Source: Patescibacteria group bacterium
Lineage (GTDB): Bacteria > Patescibacteriota > Patescibacteriia > JAHIZJ01
NCBI GenBank assembly: GCA_041661625.1
Contig: JBAZUB010000002.1
Coordinates: 28,059-92,058 of the forward strand
Direction of reading: 5' to 3'
Length of the DNA: 64,000 bases
A program made the position numbers and the translations under genes. Positions 58,891 to 64,000 of this stretch are shown piece after piece. The number at the start of each line of letters is the position of its first letter. Within the stretch, counting starts at the first letter, position 1. Under the pieces are notes generated by a model. That model saw only the letters and a list, made by a program, of their open reading frames with translations, was not told the origin of the DNA and made no database searches.

Positions 58891-61800
58891 CTATGGATAC
58901 GGGAAAGCACCCATGTCGGTGCCGGCACCAAAGGCCGGGTTGCCCGTATTAATGCACGGTGATCCAGCCAACAGGTGATAGTCATTAGCGGCTGAGTTGA
59001 TAAACCTTGGATCGGCATTAATATTGTTTGACCCGAAGCCCGACCAGCCGCCTTGAATGTCGGAGTATTGAACCTTGGCACATAGCGGCCAGGGATTAGA
59101 CATCTGCCCGATGCTGGGACTAATTGGCGCGGTATTGGCCCAAACGATACTGCTGTCAAATACCGGATTTTGAGCCAAGCAGGCGCCGAGGTTAGTGGAA
59201 TTATTAACGAATACGCCGCCGCCTTCACCCGAGGTCGTGTTATACGCTACGGTGTTATTCCTGACATTTATCAGATTGCCCGGAGCATCGTACAATACAG
59301 TCAACAACATGCCTCCACCATAACCGTAAGTCGGTAAAATTGTGTTTCTGAACACTGCATTCTTTTCAATCAATGCGCCTCCCCCGCCGGCGAAAGCTAT
59401 TCCAGCTCCCCCAGATTCGGTCGGCCCGATAGTGTTATTTGAAATAGTATTATTCGAGATATTGGCATATCCGCCCCAGTGGTTGATACCGCCGCCGGAA
59501 TATTTTACAGCATTGTTGCTAATAGTATTGTTGGTAATTGTGGTCGATGTACTAGCGTTGCCACCCGACGAGATACCGCCACCATAGCTACCGCTGGTAC
59601 CGGAGGTATTCTGCGTGATGGTGTTGCCGGTAATAGTGAAAGTACCGCCGTTATATGTCGCCGAAACACCAGCGCCGGCACCGTCAGTAACGTTGCTGGT
59701 GACAGTATTGCCGGAAAAAGTTACGGTTCCGCCTATGTCCGCACCACCACCACCACCGCGATTACTTACGCCAGTTCCAAGGGCGGTATTTCCAGTCAGC
59801 GTATTATTGGAAACGGTTCCACTGCCGCGGAAGTAAATACCCCCGCCAAACTTACCGTCATTACTGGTGATTGAGTTACTACTGATATTAGCCGTGCCAG
59901 CCTGACAGTTAACGCCCCCACCGTTTGATCCGCTGCCGCCACCGTGGTGGTTGATGTTGTTATTTTGAATCGTGGCCGAAACGGTACCCGCCAGACACAT
60001 AATACCGGGGCCGCCAGCAGTACAGTTCATAGTGCCAGACATGCCATCTCTAATAGTGTTCCAGGTGATAGTCGCCGATCCGCCCCACACATAGACGCCG
60101 CGGCAATTGCCATAAATTAAGTTATCGTTAATCGTGGCATTGCTGCCTGTTTCAACTTTTACACCCGCGGTCACGCAATTGTATATTTCATTATTTCGGA
60201 CCGTGGCGGTAGCGTTGCCATTGACGGTCACACAGTATGGTTCGACCGGATCGCCCCAGGGGTTATTGAACCCCACGATATAGAAACCCTCCAGAATCGA
60301 ACCGGTGCCGCCGTTGAAAACAACATGCGGAATTTCATTATTCTGTGGAATCATGTCCTGACTTTTTAGAGTAATTGATTTGCCCTGGAAGTCGATTATA
60401 CCCTCATTCCAGAAATACCAGCCACCAGTAGAGTCAGTCACAAGTACATTACCAGCGACCGTGTCAGTGTCGTTGATGGCGGCGGTAATGGTGGCATAGT
60501 TTTCCACTTCGGTCATATTGGCGGCGCTGATGTAGCGTCTGACCCGGCGCGGACAGGCGCCACAGTCGGCAGCACAGCTCGAACACGTTTCTGGCGCTAT
60601 GCACTGTCCATTACCGCAACAGCTGCCGCAATCTCCCGGACAGGTCGAACAGGTTTCACCATTGTTGCACACGGTGTCACCACAGAAGCACGCGCCACAA
60701 TCTCCCGGACAAGAAGTACAATTCTCGCCAAAATTACAGCTACCATCCCCACAGCAGTTGCCGCAATCAGCCGAGCAATTCGAACAATTTTCCGGTGCCA
60801 CGCAGGCGCCGTTGCCGCAACAAGCACCACAATCGGCTGGACAGGTTGAACAGGTTTCACCGTTATTACATTGTGTGTCGGGACAATTGGGGACATCGGC
60901 AATAGTAATGGTAATCGATTCCGTATCGGTGGCGCTGGCCGTATCGGTAGCGGTGAAGACAATATTGGGATAACTGCCCGATTGGGTATAGCTTGGAGTC
61001 CAAGTAAAGGTAGCCTCAAACTTTCCCAGTCCGGCGTTATAGGAAGTGTTGCTTAGGTTTGAACCAGATGGTTTATTAGCTACGCTGATGGTCACCGTGT
61101 CACCCGGTGAGTCTGGGTCGGCCGCACGCACCACAAATGACATAGCGACTCCTTCAGAGCCGTTTTTATTGCCGATCGGATCCAGTACGGGAGGTTGGTT
61201 GGTGTTGGCAATAGTGATAGTAATTGATTCCGTATCGGTGGCGCTGGCCGTATCGGTAGCGGTGAAGACAATATTGGGATAACTGCCCGATTGGGTATAG
61301 CTTGGAGTCCATGTGAAGGTAGCCTCAAATTTACCGGTGCCAGCGTTGTAGGTCGTGTTGCCCAAGCTGGAGCCAGATGGCAGATTAGCGGCGGTTATTG
61401 TAACACTATCGCCGGTAGCTTGATCTGGGTCGCTCGCGCTGATCGTGAAAGACATGGCCGTGCCCTCGGCGCCGTTCTTGTTTCCGATCGGATCGAGCAC
61501 GGGGGGTTGGTTCACCGGAGCGGCACCGAACTTCTTCAATGCTTTAATGCCATTATTGGTGTTTATTCTGACCCTAGTGGCGTTAGGATCGCCCGGCGGT
61601 ACCAGCACTATACTGTATGTTGAGCCATTTTGTTTGACGCGTAATTCGGAAGTTGTCGGACCGGCGGGCACGCAGGCAAAATGAAGTGTTTGGATTCCGT
61701 CATATACTCGGAGGCCGCAGTCGGTTTCGCCGGGAAGTGGGGTGGTTCCCCAAGCCAAGTCAAAAGCTGCCCCATTGTTGGTAAACACGGAGCTACCCAG

Positions 61801-62826
61801 ACCCGTCCAAGTGGTTCCGTTCGTTGAAGTCGCGAAAGTGTTGGTGACATTATTTCCAGCCGCAATCCACTTACCATCGCCCCAGGCCACAGATGTACCA
61901 CCACCACCGGGGGGACTAAAAATATCAAGACCACCCAACCCAACCCAATTGATGCCATCTATGGATGTGGCAATAACGTTGATATCCGTGCCGACATTAT
62001 ATGTATGCGCAACCGCAACCCACCTGCTGCCATTCCAGGCCAAGTCCATACCACCATAACCATCAGCATTAGTAAATATTGAATTGCCCAAACCTGTCCA
62101 ATTAATACCGTCATAAGAGTACGCGATGGTGTTGGCTCCATATCCTACCGCTACCCACATTGTTTCATTCCAGGCAATACCAACGCCGGTATTAGAAAAT
62201 ATTCCTTTACCCAAGCCAGTCCATGAGATGCCGTCATATGAATAGGCGATAGTATTGTTGCCTCCTCCCACCGCAACCCACATTGTTCCGTTCCAAGCAA
62301 CGTCTAAACCGCTCTCGCCTGGATTAGAACCGAATATATTTACACCACCACGGCCAACCCAATTAATACCATCGGCTGATGTAGCAAAATTATTAGGAGC
62401 ATTTCCTACTGCTACCCATTTGTTATCGCCCCAAGCCACGCCATATCCACCGCCTTGTTGGGTCCATTGATTATAATCAAAAATCGAATCACCTAGTCCC
62501 GTCCAGTCGACACCATTCGTAGAATGGGCAACGGTGTTTTCACCCACCCCTACTGCGACCCACATGCTTCCGTTCCAGGCTACACCTTGACCCCATTGGG
62601 AAAATATTGCTTTGCCTTGGCTGGTCCAATTAGTGCCATCCAGGGAAGTGGCCATGGTGGCGTCGTCGCCACGTCCGACTGCTATCCATCGGCCAGCGGC
62701 CACCACTGGTTGGTTCATCATTCCAATTCCTGTCAGCGAGAAAACAAATACCGCGCAGAGGCGGATCAGCCACCATTGGCGACTCTGATGTGCGAGTATA
62801 GTTGTTAGCTCGGACTTCGGGTTCAT
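58891..62826 (-). CDS. giant mosaic surface protein (paralog C): WxAVG beta-propeller-like repeats, tandem Ig/cadherin-like domains, Cys-rich repeats, parallel beta-helix repeats
   Basis: 1311 aa; N-terminal hydrophobic anchor/signal; ~9 repeats of W(V/I)AVG..DG.NWTG; two near-identical PPVLDPIGNKNG..DPD domains; NGETCSTCPxDCG repeats; NNTISNN/GGG beta-helix-like repeats. Confidence 0.8.
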   Translation of the reverse strand: MNPKSELTTILAHQSRQWWLIRLCAVFVFSLTGIGMMNQPVVAAGRWIAVGRGDDATMATSLDGTNWTSQGKAIFSQWGQGVAWNGSMWVAVGVGENTVAHSTNGVDWTGLGDSIFDYNQWTQQGGGYGVAWGDNKWVAVGNAPNNFATSADGINWVGRGGVNIFGSNPGESGLDVAWNGTMWVAVGGGNNTIAYSYDGISWTGLGKGIFSNTGVGIAWNETMWVAVGYGANTIAYSYDGINWTGLGNSIFTNADGYGGMDLAWNGSRWVAVAHTYNVGTDINVIATSIDGINWVGLGGLDIFSPPGGGGTSVAWGDGKWIAAGNNVTNTFATSTNGTTWTGLGSSVFTNNGAAFDLAWGTTPLPGETDCGLRVYDGIQTLHFACVPAGPTTSELRVKQNGSTYSIVLVPPGDPNATRVRINTNNGIKALKKFGAAPVNQPPVLDPIGNKNGAEGTAMSFTISASDPDQATGDSVTITAANLPSGSSLGNTTYNAGTGKFEATFTWTPSYTQSGSYPNIVFTATDTASATDTESITITIANTNQPPVLDPIGNKNGSEGVAMSFVVRAADPDSPGDTVTISVANKPSGSNLSNTSYNAGLGKFEATFTWTPSYTQSGSYPNIVFTATDTASATDTESITITIADVPNCPDTQCNNGETCSTCPADCGACCGNGACVAPENCSNCSADCGNCCGDGSCNFGENCTSCPGDCGACFCGDTVCNNGETCSTCPGDCGSCCGNGQCIAPETCSSCAADCGACPRRVRRYISAANMTEVENYATITAAINDTDTVAGNVLVTDSTGGWYFWNEGIIDFQGKSITLKSQDMIPQNNEIPHVVFNGGTGSILEGFYIVGFNNPWGDPVEPYCVTVNGNATATVRNNEIYNCVTAGVKVETGSNATINDNLIYGNCRGVYVWGGSATITWNTIRDGMSGTMNCTAGGPGIMCLAGTVSATIQNNNINHHGGGSGSNGGGVNCQAGTANISSNSITSNDGKFGGGIYFRGSGTVSNNTLTGNTALGTGVSNRGGGGGADIGGTVTFSGNTVTSNVTDGAGAGVSATYNGGTFTITGNTITQNTSGTSGSYGGGISSGGNASTSTTITNNTISNNAVKYSGGGINHWGGYANISNNTISNNTIGPTESGGAGIAFAGGGGALIEKNAVFRNTILPTYGYGGGMLLTVLYDAPGNLINVRNNTVAYNTTSGEGGGVFVNNSTNLGACLAQNPVFDSSIVWANTAPISPSIGQMSNPWPLCAKVQYSDIQGGWSGFGSNNINADPRFINSAANDYHLLAGSPCINTGNPAFGAGTDMGAFPYP
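60899..61520. repeat. tandem direct repeat, 2 x ~310 bp (first ~105 bp of each copy nearly identical) inside gene C
   Basis: gcaatagt(a/g)at(g/a)gtaat(c/t)gattccgtatcggtggcgctggccgtatcggtagcggtgaagacaatattgggataactgcccgattgggtatagcttggagtcca present at 60899 and 61209. Confidence 0.8.
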
Positions 62827-62842
62827 GGCCGACCTTTTGTTT

Positions 62843-63979
62843 TTAGTTCAATACCAGCCACATCTGTCCGACCGCGGGACTGGCGGGATCGCCTTGGGCC
62901 GCGGTGCGAACCTGAATAACTAAGCCGTCAGTGGCCTTTATCGTACCACCCTGAACTTCGAGTTTAGTGCCGGCTGCCGGGTTCTCCACCCCAATACCCA
63001 CCGCGCCATTCATGATGACAGTTTTGCCGGAAAAGTATCCGGCAAAACCCTGGCCGCCGGTGATCTCGGCGTATAGAGTCTTGTCATTGGCAGCCGTGGC
63101 CGCATTGGTCACTGACAAACGAGTATTGTCACTAATGTCCAGTCGGCCAATTGCCACCTTATCAGTAGTTTCGTTAGTTGGCGCAATGGTGTCTGCAGTC
63201 GAACCAGCCTTCCAAATGCCACCGCCAGCCGCAACAACAGCCCAGGAAAGATTGCCGCTGCCGTCGTTCTTTAAGTATGCGTCATTATCCGCCCCTAGGT
63301 TATTATTCGGCCAATTGTAAGTGACGCCCTTGATCCGGATGATATTACCCGTGGCGTCGACCATGAATTTGTCGCCATTGCCGACGGTGAGAGGCGATAG
63401 AGGGGTGATATCGCCAATGCCAACATTCGCGGTTGGGTTAGTCGGGTAAAGATCGTTCACGTCCTGGGTCCAGAAGCCACCACCAGCCGCGCCGCCGCAG
63501 GTTATTGTGCCATCGGCATCGGTGCTAAGACCGCCGCAACTGACCATATTGGGATTCTGGATACTTAGCGTGGCTAGATTAGTCGGACTGGCCGCGGTGA
63601 TCTTTACGGCGCCTTGCAGCTCAATATGATCGCCCGTTTCGCCAGGGGAAAGATATAGTGAGTTAGCTCCAAAGTTTATGTGGGGCTTAGCCGTGTCTGA
63701 CACGTTGGACCAAAAAACACCCCGGTCCGCCGTGGAAATAAAGAGATCGCCAGTAGCTACCCGGAGATAATTACCAGCTATAGTCAGGTCGCCATTTTTG
63801 GTTTGAGGGGTGGCCGAAGTATTGATTGGCGCAGCCACATTGCCGCCCGGCGGAGCAGTGTCAGGAGCGGTCCAGGATGCCAGCGCCCGGCCGGCCAGAG
63901 TTGAAAATGCCAAGCATAAAAGCACTGGCATAACCGTAAGGTACATCAGCTTTGAGCCTCGAAATAGATTTGATTTCAT
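62843..63979 (-). CDS. secreted protein (paralog D) sharing N-terminal module of A and B, short form (378 aa)
   Basis: MKSNLFRGSKLMYLTVMPVLLCLAFSTLAGRALA signal peptide and first ~120 aa ~75% identical to A; 16-nt gap to gene C suggests co-transcription. Confidence 0.7.
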   Translation of the reverse strand: MKSNLFRGSKLMYLTVMPVLLCLAFSTLAGRALASWTAPDTAPPGGNVAAPINTSATPQTKNGDLTIAGNYLRVATGDLFISTADRGVFWSNVSDTAKPHINFGANSLYLSPGETGDHIELQGAVKITAASPTNLATLSIQNPNMVSCGGLSTDADGTITCGGAAGGGFWTQDVNDLYPTNPTANVGIGDITPLSPLTVGNGDKFMVDATGNIIRIKGVTYNWPNNNLGADNDAYLKNDGSGNLSWAVVAAGGGIWKAGSTADTIAPTNETTDKVAIGRLDISDNTRLSVTNAATAANDKTLYAEITGGQGFAGYFSGKTVIMNGAVGIGVENPAAGTKLEVQGGTIKATDGLVIQVRTAAQGDPASPAVGQMWLVLN

Positions 63980-64000
63980 ATGGGATTATTTTATGTTAGC

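Noticed and set aside
50600-63979. Repetitive DNA in the giant genes as a possible CRISPR array
   Set aside because: The repeats are long, imperfect, in-frame coding repeats with no short uniform spacers, so this is not a CRISPR architecture.

Overview
This 64-kb bacterial chromosomal window mixes housekeeping genes with two AT-rich accessory regions and a locus of giant surface proteins. No tRNA, rRNA or CRISPR array was recognised.

**Housekeeping genes (protein motifs read directly from the ORFs):**
- tRNA-dihydrouridine synthase.
- A minus-strand suf operon (Rrf2 regulator, sufC, sufB, sufD, sufS, sufU) with a palindromic operator over its promoter.
- A YfbR-like HD hydrolase.
- A GC-rich MsbA-like ABC exporter, preceded by a small ORF and a terminator.
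- glyA-folD, ychF, a SAM methyltransferase, a THUMP-like RNA methyltransferase, rpsF-ssb-rpsR, efp, recA, rodZ-like, ftsK and rpoB-rpoC.

**Accessory region 1 (about 13.7-21.1 kb):** an AT-rich nucleotide-sugar modification operon.
- Its genes are a FAD oxidoreductase, a TIM-barrel sugar-phosphate isomerase, a nucleotidyltransferase, an SDR epimerase/dehydratase and an unusual Nudix-DegT aminotransferase fusion.
- A GC-rich three-gene block is embedded in it: a P-loop kinase, an NDK-like protein and an unknown protein.

**Accessory region 2 (about 21.4-31.3 kb):** apparently an integrated element.
- A Panacea (DUF4065) antitoxin-like gene, an overlapping small ORF and a SIR2_2-domain protein form a candidate toxin-antitoxin or defence module.
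- Converging on it are a large protein with a HEPN-like R-x4-HG motif, a 4-TM protein and a terminase-small-subunit-like HTH protein.
- An RHH protein, an excisionase-family HTH protein and a large serine recombinase follow. The recombinase ORF overlaps the start of ychF by 180 nt.

**Giant surface-protein locus (50.6-64 kb):** four co-oriented genes.
- Three (A, B, D) share a roughly 110-aa N-terminal module and a conserved leader.
- B ends in a phage-tailspike-type intramolecular chaperone (peptidase S74-like) domain.
- C is a mosaic of W-x-AVG repeats, a tandemly duplicated Ig-like domain, Cys-rich repeats and beta-helix-like repeats.

Gene content and the giant repeat proteins suggest an uncultured small-genome bacterium, possibly CPR-like. 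That is inference only. Two GC-rich intergenic islets (33.05-33.39 kb and 27.75-27.88 kb) look like structured RNAs but could not be assigned.
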